A stretch of 64,000 bases of DNA from Phoronis australis (Eukaryota; Animalia; Phoronida). Below the pieces are notes generated by a model. That model saw nothing but the letters and a program-made list of their open reading frames with translations, searched no databases and was not told the origin of the DNA. Position 1 is the stretch's first letter. The number at the start of each line of letters is the position of its first letter. Below, piece by piece: positions 46,601 to 55,283 of the stretch. The stretch spans positions 62,001-126,000 of the forward strand of contig NMRA01000317.1 of assembly GCA_002633005.1 (NCBI GenBank), given 5' to 3'. The translations under genes and the position numbers were made by a program.

Positions 46601-49516
46601 GGTATTGCAAAATGGTGTTGGTCCCGTGAATTCCAGTTTGTTCTTTAAAGTTATGTTAGGAATTGAAGCATGACAAACTTAGTTATCCAGTTGCCAATAG
46701 AGGGTGTACAGCTTATTTGGTTCATCAAAATCTTTGCTTAGTCAATGCATGTTTCGATGCTTAGATGGATTCGATATGCAATCTCGTTTTCCAAGGAATA
46801 ACTGAAAAAAGAAGTCATGGATTCCGTATCAACTGAACAGAATATTCTGGTAAAATCTCACCAATTGAGGACACAATATTTTCTCATTTTTTTATTAATG
46901 ACATATAATGCCAAAACGATTCTTTGCCTATTCACGGTCTGTACCATATTACCAAAAGACAATATTTTCGATGTTTGAAGCCCTTGAAAAAGTGGTATTT
47001 CGGCAGTTATTTTTGTCGGGAATTATTGAGATTCCACCCTATTGATTTCAGGTGAACTTGGCATGCGACTATGTTTGACATATGTTAATGGTTGATTCGT
47101 TGACTTGACGTCATTTTCGACCTCCTGACCTTTGCTCAAATCAGGGATTCTCATTTGTGTTATGTATAAGCTGTAATAGTGAATGACATTTTCGCAGATT
47201 CTGATTGAATTAATTACTTAATGTATATATTTGACCATACTCTGATACGTATGACCTTGTTCTACCAAGCGAAAATCTTGAAACTTGTCAGGTTTGGTGA
47301 GCTGAGAAACTAAAATTTGAAGTCTCCTTTGACAAGTGAAGCTTGGGTTGGAGACGCCACTGGCAATCTGGTATTTGCCAAATTGGAAGCTGTATGTTAA
47401 CTTTTTGTTTACCATACTCTTCTTTGTTGGCCGCAGCTGCCAGCTTTGAATTGACCGACTAGATAATTAAGATATTGTAGTTTTTAAACTAAGGCTGCTA
47501 TAAAACCACCTTGCACGCAGAAGACTTCAAATTTTAGTATAGACCACTTCCTCTTATCAAGTTGGTCTCAGCGAGTTGGAAGTGATTTCTGGACTGGAGA
47601 AGAACTTATGGTTTGTTGTAGCCAACTTAGTTGAACTGTCGGCCCATCCCAAGTTCAGACATCCTTGTTTCATCTTCTCAGGAAAAAGTCAAGAACAGTT
47701 TTATAACAGTAATTTTTTTAAATGATAAGTTAGTCTTTTTGATAAAAGGTGGGGTAAGAGCAGCTTTAAGTGAATATCGTGCAAAAGAGGCCGGTGCCAC
47801 GTGTGTTTTCTTACTCCTGATTTACAGTCTGTTAATGTTTTGTTATCCTGCAGACTAGTCACCCTTTAGATACCTGTGGCCCTATTCAAGACATGGTGAG
47901 GGCCGGCGTAGGCCTGTGGGTGGCTGTGAAGGACAAGCCCACACTGAAGCTTTATCACCTGGAGACCTTTGAGGGCCTGCAGGTCATGGACATTGACCGG
48001 GCCGTGGCCAGAGCTGTTGCTGGTAAGTGACCCTAGGTGGCGCCAGGAGGCCCGACAGGTAGCACTGCTAAAGACCTCTTTAAAGTTTTTTTGATGTTTT
48101 GAATCGCTTATGTTGTGAATGTTGAGTATTAGGGGACCGCAAGCAATGAAGGCTGAGGTAGAAGTCATATTGGGTAAAATCCAAAAACGTCTCTTGCTTC
48201 TTTTGCCGTTCACGTGTAAAAGACATTCTACTACGTGTTTTGAAGACTTACTACAAGTATGATAAATATCACAAATTTCACGGAAAATAATTGTATAAAA
48301 TCCTTTTTTCATTTCTCAAAAGCTTCGAGCATTGTTTTGAATCCCCAAAATTTCTCAACATGGAAAAGAACTTAAAAATTACAAGCCTTTATTTGGTATC
48401 TTTCATGAAGAAAATGAAATGAAATTTCACTTGACCATCATGTTGTGACCAAAACTGGTGAATTAGTGTCTGCTTTATGTTTTTATAGCTAAAGAGAAGT
48501 GTGTGGATGCAGCTGATTACTCCAAGAATGTGAGTATCACGTGTCTGCTGGTGACCCGTGGCTTGCTCTGGATTGGCACCAGTAATGGCATCATACTGAC
48601 CATCCCCCTGCCCCGGCTGGAGGGCGTGCCACGGATTCACAGCAGCCCCACCGTCGCCTGCCACGCCCACAACGGACCAGTCAAGTTCCTGGTTCCTATC
48701 TGCTGCGGACTGGGTGTACCGCATATTATCGACCGTCCGCAGCCGACAAACTCGGACACTGTACAGACCAGTACCCTGACCCAAGACACAAAGTCGCCTA
48801 CTCAACGACTGACTATGTCCTTGGAAGTTGATCGGTCACAGCTTAACCCAGGAACATCCATTCGACGGCATAGCTCTGGAGACGATGTCACAAGTGAATC
48901 GGATGATGTGGAAGACAATCTATATGATGACGCTGTGACTATTTCAAAAGCTCAGTCCACACCAAATTTGTTGGATGTTGATTATGGCGGTGAATACATT
49001 AACTTGCTCTATGGCAGTCTGATGCGGCGATACAGTGAGGTGGAGTTTGAGAGTAGCCTGAATGAGAAAGGAGATTACATGAGTGTGCAAGCCACTAAGG
49101 CTGATGTGGTGCAGTATAGGAAGTCCATGAGTATGACGAGGGCTAAAGGTTATCTGAGGAGTTTCCGCACCAAGAGCGTGCCGGTCATTCCTGAGAAGGA
49201 TGAGACAGATGACGCATTGTATGAAAGTTATGTCAAGCAGCATACTGGGGCAATGGATACATATCGTAGAGGTCGTCCAGATCTCTCACTGGCTACTGCA
49301 ACTCGCAGTAAGACAAACGTTAGGGAATCTATGGGCAGCGAGGAGATCTCTAAGGGGCCATCAACGCATGGACCTCTCTGTCGATCTGTTACCGTGGTAA
49401 CCGGGGGTGAAGGGTATTGCAATTGGAACAAGGTGAAAGCAAAAGATTTGAAAAATTTGGAATCCTGCTTGCTGCTGTGGCAATGTACCTTTCCATCATC
49501 TTTGTCTGCCATGTAG
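3955..49516 (+). CDS. ARHGEF10: Rho guanine nucleotide exchange factor 10-like (ARHGEF10/ARHGEF10L family), 22 coding exons, about 1508 aa
   Basis: Manual model join(3955-4669,5127-5267,6677-6802,7410-7469,9586-9755,10521-10679,12500-12577,13179-13355,14116-14232,15434-15526,15936-16157,17476-17725,18353-18468,19494-19612,22415-22509,22862-22983,23362-23506,25414-25522,40713-40882,46192-46337,47854-48022,48489-49516). All introns are GT-AG, phases match and the total is 4527 nt. Family motifs: [96 protein letters not shown]...LLLWQ. Confidence 0.92.
5127..5267 (+). CDS. ARHGEF10: ARHGEF10-like coding exon 2 (GANTGKP...[16 protein letters not shown])
   Basis: ttttag acceptor, CAG|gtaatt donor; 141 nt, phase 1-1, open frame. 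Confidence 0.82.
5395..5845 (+). mobile_element. Diverged HINE-family relic
   Basis: Shares gcgccatctagtgaccattt, the pre-terminal block and the 3' stem-loop aatgc-tct-gcattgctctt with the other copies; 5' boundary uncertain. Confidence 0.55.
6677..6802 (+). CDS. ARHGEF10: ARHGEF10-like coding exon 3 ([20 protein letters not shown]...TPDDDK)
   Basis: ttgcag acceptor, AAG|gtaaat donor; 126 nt, phase 1-1, open frame. Confidence 0.75.
7410..7469 (+). CDS. ARHGEF10: ARHGEF10-like coding exon 4 ([20 protein letters not shown])
   Basis: Pyrimidine tract plus ctcag acceptor, gtgagt donor; 60 nt, phase 1-1. Confidence 0.78.
9586..9755 (+). CDS. ARHGEF10: ARHGEF10-like coding exon 5 ([16 protein letters not shown]...[12 protein letters not shown]...EHVL)
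   Basis: ccactag acceptor, TTG|gtatgt donor; the WGSEEFEEY segment resembles the ARHGEF10 N-terminal WSSSEFESY-type motif. Confidence 0.87.
10521..10679 (+). CDS. ARHGEF10: ARHGEF10-like coding exon 6 (NTTFLGRLG...[17 protein letters not shown])
   Basis: cgtcag acceptor, CAG|gtattg donor; proline-rich pre-DH motif typical of ARHGEF10/17. Confidence 0.87.
12500..12577 (+). CDS. ARHGEF10: ARHGEF10-like coding exon 7, DH domain start ([26 protein letters not shown])
   Basis: DH conserved region 1 (SExxY); ttttcag acceptor, AAG|gtatta donor. Confidence 0.93.
13179..13355 (+). CDS. ARHGEF10: ARHGEF10-like coding exon 8, DH domain (EYEQPLL...IADVFIAS)
   Basis: ctgcag acceptor, gtaagt donor; DH sequence. 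Confidence 0.93.
14116..14232 (+). CDS. ARHGEF10: ARHGEF10-like coding exon 9, DH domain ([18 protein letters not shown]...FADFVK)
   Basis: T-rich tract plus ag acceptor, AAG|gtgact donor; YSxxVNN DH motif. Confidence 0.93.
15035..15300 (+). repeat. ~270-bp intronic direct repeat; second copy 16173-16990 interrupted by MITE A
   Basis: Shared blocks gaattttg-agat/c-ggtt, tgacatgcaa, tgaaag-agttctttgtgaacc-tgcttttagtca, agttggactgtg, tgagaagataat, gcccaga. Confidence 0.8.
15434..15526 (+). CDS. ARHGEF10: ARHGEF10-like coding exon 10, DH domain ([31 protein letters not shown])
   Basis: DH conserved region 3 KPVQRFPQF; canonical splice sites. Confidence 0.95.
15936..16157 (+). CDS. ARHGEF10: ARHGEF10-like coding exon 11, DH end and linker ([13 protein letters not shown]...DNMMQV)
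   Basis: LLKHTP and [11 protein letters not shown] motifs; accag acceptor, gtacgt donor. Confidence 0.93.
16315..16850 (+). mobile_element. MITE family A, copy 2, probable TA target site (Tc1/mariner-like)
   Basis: TIR CATGACAACGTTTTCCCGTT...AACGGGAAAACGCCGTAATG; a paralogous empty site ctgtg-TA-agtaaacac is present at ~15168. Confidence 0.85.
17476..17725 (+). CDS. ARHGEF10: ARHGEF10-like coding exon 12, PH domain ([25 protein letters not shown]...KWRVPI...)
   Basis: PH-type strands; ttctag acceptor, AAG|gtaagg donor; TACTAAC branch-like site at 17424. Confidence 0.92.
18353..18468 (+). CDS. ARHGEF10: ARHGEF10-like coding exon 13 ([14 protein letters not shown]...LKLAHK)
   Basis: cctcag acceptor, AAG|gtacga donor; phases 1 to 0 fit neighbours. 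Confidence 0.9.
19494..19612 (+). CDS. ARHGEF10: ARHGEF10-like coding exon 14 ([16 protein letters not shown]...IQLIIPA)
   Basis: tttccag acceptor, AA|gtgagt donor; phases 0 to 2. Confidence 0.88.
19586..20000 (+). repeat. Degenerate ~52-55-bp tandem array (~8 units) whose first unit spans the exon 14 donor
   Basis: Unit cactatacagttgatcattcctgccaagtgagtgaacaaagcagtcattta recurs with decay. Confidence 0.8.
20043..20364. mobile_element. Decayed TTAA-flanked inverted-repeat element (Kolobok/piggyBac-type MITE)
   Basis: ttaaaggggagcgttacttttt...aaaaaggtgatgctccacattaa plus inner pair caatttggcatat / atatgccaaattg. Confidence 0.5.
20794..20850 (+). CDS. ARHGEF10: Probable in-frame cassette exon ([19 protein letters not shown]) between exons 14 and 15
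   Basis: Long pyrimidine tract ctctctactctcctgttggttctag, 57 nt, phase 2-2, no stop, purine-rich; donor AA|gtattt is weak. Confidence 0.5.
22089..22333. mobile_element. MITE family C (~240 bp); further copies at about 26776-27020, 33950-34150, 38541-38782, 40894-41130, 41215-41450, 45088-45327, 45403-45620, 46848-47040
   Basis: Imperfect TIR GGTAAAATCTCACCAATTT...AAATTGGTGAGATTTTACC and shared internal blocks (ctgtaccatag, aatgttagaagcccttgaaaa, ttatttttgtc); boundaries approximate. Confidence 0.7.
22415..22509 (+). CDS. ARHGEF10: ARHGEF10-like coding exon 15, PH C-terminal helix ([31 protein letters not shown])
   Basis: Conserved PH Trp (KRDW); cttccag acceptor, gtaagc donor. Confidence 0.92.
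22862..22983 (+). CDS. ARHGEF10: ARHGEF10-like coding exon 16 ([12 protein letters not shown]...RLYTK)
   Basis: ttttag acceptor, gtgagt donor; phases 1 to 0. Confidence 0.88.
23362..23506 (+). CDS. ARHGEF10: ARHGEF10-like coding exon 17, propeller start (ISCGLP...[18 protein letters not shown]...LQSFQ)
   Basis: LWIC...GQV motif of ARHGEF10/17 propellers; ttccag acceptor, gtgagt donor. Confidence 0.9.
23507..23625 (+). repeat. G-rich 18-bp minisatellite (gtgggggtggagtcat..) starting at the exon 17 donor
   Basis: About 5 clear units plus degenerate ones. Confidence 0.85.
23734..23796 (+). repeat. Near-identical duplicate of the exon 17 3' end and donor (23461-23523)
   Basis: 63 bp, one mismatch (tcat versus tcct). 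Confidence 0.95.
23931..24362 (+). mobile_element. Short diverged HINE-family copy
   Basis: 5' tttatgcaccc...tatgtgggcac hairpin, one gccccctagtggcaatt monomer, 3' gtgggcgcatttcaacgc. Confidence 0.7.
25414..25522 (+). CDS. ARHGEF10: ARHGEF10-like coding exon 18 ([14 protein letters not shown]...TVWMGTVAK)
   Basis: TVWMGT WD-like motif; tcgtag acceptor, AG|gtaagt donor; followed by a ~15.2-kb intron. Confidence 0.92.
27713..29395 (+). mobile_element. HINE/DINE-1-type non-autonomous Helentron, longest copy (~11 internal monomers)
   Basis: Same termini as copy 1; subTIR GTGGGCGCAT at 29361; perfect stem-loop CAACGC-TCC-GCGTTG; T-rich flanks, no TSD. Confidence 0.85.
29514..29570 (+). repeat. 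18-bp tandem repeat x3 (ctcgtgtcgtttctctag)
   Basis: Directly visible. Confidence 0.9.
32368..32662 (+). repeat. 20-bp minisatellite (tgtagagctgtaccctggta), ~14 units
   Basis: Directly visible; explains the GVQLY/YSSTY repetitive ORFs in the track. Confidence 0.95.
34319..35449 (+). mobile_element. HINE/DINE-1-type non-autonomous Helentron (~7 internal monomers)
   Basis: Same termini; ccgtccgtcc microsatellite at ~34371; stem-loop CAACGC-TAC-GCGTTG then CTCTTGTT. Confidence 0.85.
39123..39629 (+). mobile_element. MITE family B, copy 1 (PIF/Harbinger-like termini)
   Basis: TIR GGCCCTTTCATA...TATGAAAGGCC, TAA near both ends; full-length inverted homolog at 51824-52309. Confidence 0.82.
40713..40882 (+). 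CDS. ARHGEF10: ARHGEF10-like coding exon 19 (SIVVHSLP...[17 protein letters not shown])
   Basis: WD-like GxxNGTL motif; tttacag acceptor, gtaaat donor; phases 2 to 1. Confidence 0.92.
43775..43898. mobile_element. 124-bp mini-element with CAG...CTG TIR and 5-bp target-site duplication
   Basis: ACAAG|CAGTGGCGGAT...ATCCGCCTCTG|ACAAG. Confidence 0.75.
45840..46132. mobile_element. MITE with ~27-bp TIR, related to family C termini
   Basis: CGGTAAAAATTTTCCAATTTGGTACAG...CTGTTCCAAATTGGAGAATTTTTACCG, followed by TA. Confidence 0.7.
46192..46337 (+). CDS. ARHGEF10: ARHGEF10-like coding exon 20 ([23 protein letters not shown]...YKM)
   Basis: DGxW...LG..PV motif; ttccag acceptor, gtaaga donor. Confidence 0.92.
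47854..48022 (+). CDS. ARHGEF10: ARHGEF10-like coding exon 21 ([24 protein letters not shown]...[15 protein letters not shown]...)
   Basis: GVGLWVA and LYHxET motifs; ctgcag acceptor, gtaagt donor. Confidence 0.93.
48489..49516 (+). CDS. ARHGEF10: ARHGEF10-like terminal coding exon 22
   Basis: ttatag acceptor, phase 1; contains the 337-aa ORF with ITCLLV...LWIGTSNG...[10 protein letters not shown] and the terminal GGEGY...LLLWQ; TAG at 49514-49516. Confidence 0.95.
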
Positions 49517-49981
49517 GCATTTGACGTGTTTTGTGCAGTCTTATAGACAATTTAGTTGCCAGTAAGTGTGTTTCTAAGTTTTGTAACTTACTGTAAGTGC
49601 ACTTTGGTTTAGCTCGCAGTATGACGGAAAGGTGGAAGTTCGTCAAATGGGTCGTCACAAGTAAACAGAATTTTTCTTTATTTTTAGTTTGGTCTGTGCT
49701 GTGCAATTATGGTTAAATCTAATGAGCGTTGAAATTCGACTATTTTAATGAGGTAGTCAGTCCAGTAAAAGATGGACAATTTTTAATTTTGGCCGTCATT
49801 TTTGTGCAAAATTGAAGAGGATATTGCAGGGTTTTGGGTAAGAGCATTACTGTTACAGTACTGAATAAAAAGTGGATGCGAATATGAATATGTTATGTTC
49901 GTTATAAGCTGATGTGAAATATTGAATTAAAAGACTTGTAAAATATGTCATAAACAGTGAAGGGTAAAATATATATAAGTT

Positions 49982-50419
49982 CTGGGGTCCGTTTCATGAA
50001 AAGTCACTTTAGACAAGTCAGAAATTTCATCTTATGCCTCGCCTCGCCTAAACTACAAGATCTCTGAAATTACATAATTTTTTTGTTTTTCAAACAGTTT
50101 TTATAAATTATTTCTAAACTGGTGTGCTAACAATTATGTGGTAAAAATGTCATAAATGAAAGTGAATTGGGAGCCTACGTCAAAATTTCATCAAAAAGTC
50201 CCCTGAAGGCTGCGTCATGAAATGTTACAGAAGACGTCTTAAATTTGGTCTTGCGCTCCACACAACTGTTTCGGAAAAATAAAACTAAACTCGCAGCAAA
50301 AATCTAAAGTGAGTTGAGACCCATAATTGCTAGTTACTGAGAAAATTTCTTTAAATTATTTCTAGACTGTGATGCGATTAAATTTCTGTCTTAAGTCACT
50401 TTTCATGAAAGAGACCCGG
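49982..50419. mobile_element. MITE downstream of the ARHGEF10-like stop codon (related shorter copy ~31252-31476)
   Basis: TIR CTGGGGTCCGTTTCATGAAAAGTCACTTTAGACA...TGTCTTAAGTCACTTTTCATGAAAGAGACCCGG. Confidence 0.7.
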
Positions 50420-51823
50420 ATTGTAATTTCTTTTGATAGATTGGCTTGCTGTTCCAAAACTGAGGTTGGGTTTGTTTGCATGTCATGTTTTCTAGACAGA
50501 GGTCGCACAGTCATAAAGAAATTAACCAACTATTGTTGGAGTTTTTGTCGTGCTATGTCATTTATATATAAGTAGCTTTATTCTATGAAAAGATATTTTA
50601 CCTTTTCATCGCAGTTACCCGGTAGCTTTGGGTATGAGAAATTTCATAAAATGCGCATTGTGATCATTTTATTATTTTCATCAAAATCCAAAGAAAAAAT
50701 AACTGTAAATATGTCTTGAAGAAATGTTTTTTATTAAAAGATGATAAATCCAAAATGGTTTCCTTGAGATCACATGACAATTTGATCATTCAAATTTCAA
50801 AAAAGTGTATTTTTGTTTTAGCCTTTCCTCTTGCTTGCTCCAGCAAAAAAAAGAATTTCCAAAAGTACTTTTGTAAGTATTCTTTGGCATTTATTTCAAA
50901 ATTGCCTTTTTTCAAAAATAAGTGTGGCACGTGGTGGATCTACATCTGGCAATGAAAGGGATACAAATAGTTTGAAAATGTTTTAAGAGTAAAAGGTTAC
51001 GCATTGTCAGTGCTACATTTAAAGGTCGCGCGTAGTGTTTTCCTGGTTTTCTATCAAGCATCAAGCAAACCTAGCCTTGCATTAAATATTTGTATATTTT
51101 GTATATGGTTATGCCCTAACTGGACAAATGTTGCTAATTTTGTGTGTGATGCTTATTACAGTTTGCCTTAATTGACCAGAGTTGCAATTAGCAGTTTGGC
51201 TCTTGAATTTGTGTATTTAACAGTGCGCCATATTCTCGTTGTTTGTTGCAGTTGCGGGGTTATGCAAACTGCGCTCTCAGGCAATTTTAGGTTGTTCGTA
51301 ATTTATCATAAACGGCTGTTTCTATGAATTCATATCAATCAGAGAGGACGTGTAACAAGTCTTGCCAATCTATTTTCATGATATCATCTCGTTCACTTCA
51401 ACAGGGTATTTTGGAAGCACAATTGTGCTAGTGAGCGTTGCTTTTATCATGATGCAGAGAAAATTTAAATCTCAGATTTTTAGGTATTGACTAGATCATT
51501 TTTTAAAAACATTCCTGTAGGGCCAGCCGACATTGCCTGGATTATTTGGTTTGGTATTAAGATGCTTGTGCAGTGCTTTGTCATCACAATGTGCCAGCAA
51601 GAATTTCAGTGTGCCAATGTCAAGGGAGCAAACAAAAATTAACCTTGTTTGGTGCATTTTCACAGGTTAACCCTACCGTTCAGTGTTGCCTCTAGGCAGT
51701 GTTAGTTTCATGCTTTTAAACCCTTATTTAGTGGAAATAATTACATGGAATAGCAGTTCAGACTGGGAAAATGTTGATAACAACCCAGTTTGTAATGCTT
51801 GATTACTTTGACCTCTACCATAC

Positions 51824-52309
51824 GGCCTTTCATACTAACGTGGACACGTCGATGGTTTGGGGAGTTGCGGTCAGTATGAACGCTCAACTCCGGTCCTGGA
51901 TCGAAGTTAACAGCTCCAGTTAACATTACAGTTAACAGGTGGTTTTAACAGCACAGCGTCGACGCTGCGGTGCAGTATGAACGGTTAACTTTGTTCTAGT
52001 CGAAGTTGTCGCCGTCAACAATTACAGGGTAGTGCCGTCATTAATAGCTGCTTATTTTTCTCTAATAATAACCAGTTGATTTAAAAATAAGTTTAATGTC
52101 AATTAGCACATGTAAATGTTCCCAAATTGTCACATTGAAAAAAATCTTAGGGTGCAGCGCTACCTTGTGATAACTTCGATGATACCAGCGTCACCTCCCG
52201 TTTACTTCGATGCTCATTAAAACTACTGAAGCCAGTATGAACGGTCCAGTTAACTGCGCTGTTTATGTCGACGCTCCTCAGACTGGAGTTAAGTCAATAT
52301 GAAAGGGGC
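51824..52309 (-). mobile_element. MITE family B, copy 2
   Basis: GGCCTTTCATACT...ATATGAAAGGGGC; reverse complement of 39123-39629. Confidence 0.82.
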
Positions 52310-54125
52310 TTTTAACACTGACAGGTAAAAATTCCCCTCCTGGAAACAGTGTCTTGATTGAGACTACATGTTCTGGACTGAAAAAAAATCAATATAGAGA
52401 AAAGATTTGGAACTTTACTTTTTTCAAAATTGTCATCTTAAGCATTTAAGAATACATTTACTTTGTACCGCAAAGCTGCAATCAAACAAAATTTGGGAAA
52501 ATTATGAGTATGTGCGGCAATATTAGCAATTTTGTAGGATTGTTTTTCATAAGCCTGGCCTTTACAATCTTCTGTAATAACACATTGGTACTTATTGAAC
52601 AGATACATCGCCCAAAATCTTGGGCCATACTCGTACGACTTGTACCCCTTGCTTGGCAAAATTTTCAAGAATTTCACTTTTAAATGCTGGTGCTCGGTAA
52701 TACTCCCACCCTGAGTTTAGTAGACATTCGTGACATTCCTGTCCTTAAAAATACCCATCAACAGAGAATTCAATGTCCTGTCTAAAACCCACATGATTTG
52801 CTTACTAAACAGTGCATTGCTCACATATCCCTCTTCCACCTTCATTCAGCTCTTAGATTGTCACGTTTTTCCTGTTTTGATGCACTGCATCGTCTGCCTT
52901 CTAACTTTTTAACTTGATTAGAGGTTTTTGGTTTCTACAGCCTGTAATTGATCTGCTCTTCATGAATAGTGACATCTGTCATACGCGTAGCTTGAAAAGT
53001 GAAATTCCATGACTAGCTAGCTGGCACCGTGTTGGTACTGTGTTTTAGCAAATAGGGAGGGCTGAAGTAACTGTGGCTGTCATAGTATAGTAATTTTTGT
53101 TGCATGACCACTAATACTTTTGCCCTCTGATTGACTGAAACTTAGTGTAGTAACTTGTTACAAGGTGATGTTGACCGACTAACCATGGAATATCTTTTAT
53201 CATTCATGCCACCGGATGTCAGATGTTACTCTTCCTGGTCTGACCAATTACACCTGCAGAAACCATAAACCCCTGAACATGTAAACAAAGTGAGCAGACG
53301 ATGGTAGTACAAAGTAGACAAGAACATGTCATTCTAATAAGAAACTAATATAATCAGAGGAAAGGATTGTCTGTGGTCAGATAATAAACCAAATATGTGC
53401 TGACCCCTGGGGCATATTTGGATGGCATGGACTTCAGAAGGGCAGTGTTCGGCTTTGGGCCACATTGCTTTCCCACAGTCTTTGTGACTTGACATCACCC
53501 TCAGGATCAGACCATGTTTGCTCTGGAGTAGTCATTCTAACTAATCCATCACAACTGATGCTTTTGAAGTTGTAAATGAATACAACACTGGCAGAGAGAT
53601 GGAACCAAAAATTTTGAGGAATAATATTCTCTACTCCCCAAAAACGGCATGCTGATGGCATTTCTTTTTTGTTGTGCCTGTTGCGAGCCGTACCCGCCCA
53701 GGTCTCACTCTAAATCTACCTATGCAGAAGTTAGATATTTCTTTTCAGTGGATTAAGAAGTCTGGTTTCAGTCAAAGTCAGATTTTTGGCTCTTAGTTAT
53801 TATGATATGCTATGGATATTGTATTGTATTTATGATGCTGAAAAGTGTAGATGTGGTTCCCTCAGCACTGTGGTCCATTTCAATCAAATACTTTTGCACT
53901 GATGTAAATTTCATCCGAGTATCACTGAATTAATGCATATTTTAACAAACTGCTGTATTTTTGCGTCTGTGCCATTCATTTTTGTGGGTGATATTTTTAA
54001 CATGTTAAGAGATATAATTATGTTGTTCTTGTATATTTTGATCATATATTTGTAGTTCTCACTTTCTGGTATGCCAAGGAAAGCTTAGTGCTTCCAGGTA
54101 TGTTGAGCTGCGTGATGATACTTGT

Positions 54126-54131
54126 AATAAA
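54126..54131 (+). terminator. Candidate distal polyadenylation signal of the ARHGEF10-like gene (proximal alternative at 49864)
   Basis: AATAAA at the end of a T-rich, TGTA-rich stretch typical of 3' UTR ends. Confidence 0.4.
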
Positions 54132-55273
54132 CCGAATATTCTATGCAAGTGTTGTTGTTAATAGCACTGTGTGAATGTGGACAGGATTGACAACACATTG
54201 TAGCTTGGTAAGTACTGGTAAGTAATGCCCATTTCTGACAGTTTCCAGGCATTGTACATTAGCGTGTCTGACTGCCAGTGATATTGTGGTGAACACATCA
54301 GTAGTGATGCTGTCATATCTGATGTCCATCTAGTCCCATCTTGAACAAGACAGGTCAATAACCGGCAGGTACCAGCTCTAGGTCAAACATTGGTCATTGA
54401 CCATGTAGACTAGACACCTTAGAAATGCCATTCATTGTGTACTACATGGCACAATGGAAATTGGTGCATTCAAAATTCACTAGGGGTCACTAGTGAAGCA
54501 AGGTACCTTTCCTTAAAATACCTGTATTCATGTAAACAGAATGGAACCCTTTTCACACTAACATGCCCATGATCTGCTGTCTGCTCTCGATCTAGTCGGA
54601 TATTAGACTGTTAATATGCACTAAGCATTGATATGTACACAGAGTGCACCCCAATCTAGGGGTGCTCATCAGTTCATGCAAGGTACAAGGAGACGATTCG
54701 AGCACAGCTGTTGGTACCTTATTGCCACACTAGACAAAAAATAGCATGTCTGGTCTACTTCATAACATATAGAACATTCGGGAACATACAAGATATGTAA
54801 CAGGGTAAACAGACAAAATGACCACTAGGGGATGCTGAAGAAATAGAAATCGCACCTATGGCAAGCTTCATTGAAATTCGTCAGTTCACTAGACATCCGG
54901 AAACGCTATTTCCACAAAAAAATAATGAAACGTCCCAGCCTTGGAGTGCAGGGCACCATTCTAGTGATGCTCTCAACACTTGTCAAATTTCATTAAGTTT
55001 CAACCAGGGGTTTTTGGGGTATCGAGTAGAGAGATAAACAGGACGACAACATACAACCACATATGTGAGCGCGTAGACAAAGGTACCATTAAATATTAGC
55101 ACTACCTAATAAATGGTGTTGCTTTTTACTGTAATACAATTGGTTATCGACTGTGCCAAGTGGCACACTCCTTAGAGCTATTCACGAATTATACAATATC
55201 CATCTCCAGTCACCTTTGAGTGCCATGGTGATGGAAAGGTAGAACACAAGAACACCAGGATTTAGCGCTTTAG

Positions 55274-55283
55274 TTTATTTATT
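55274..55283 (-). terminator. Candidate polyadenylation signal (overlapping AATAAA x2) of the - strand gene
   Basis: tttatttatt on + strand, located near where strand compositional skew reverses. Confidence 0.5.

Noticed and set aside
48790-49380. Long Ser/Asp-rich insert in the last exon as a novel domain
   Set aside because: A variable low-complexity segment before the final GGxGY...W strands is normal for ARHGEF10/17-type propellers.
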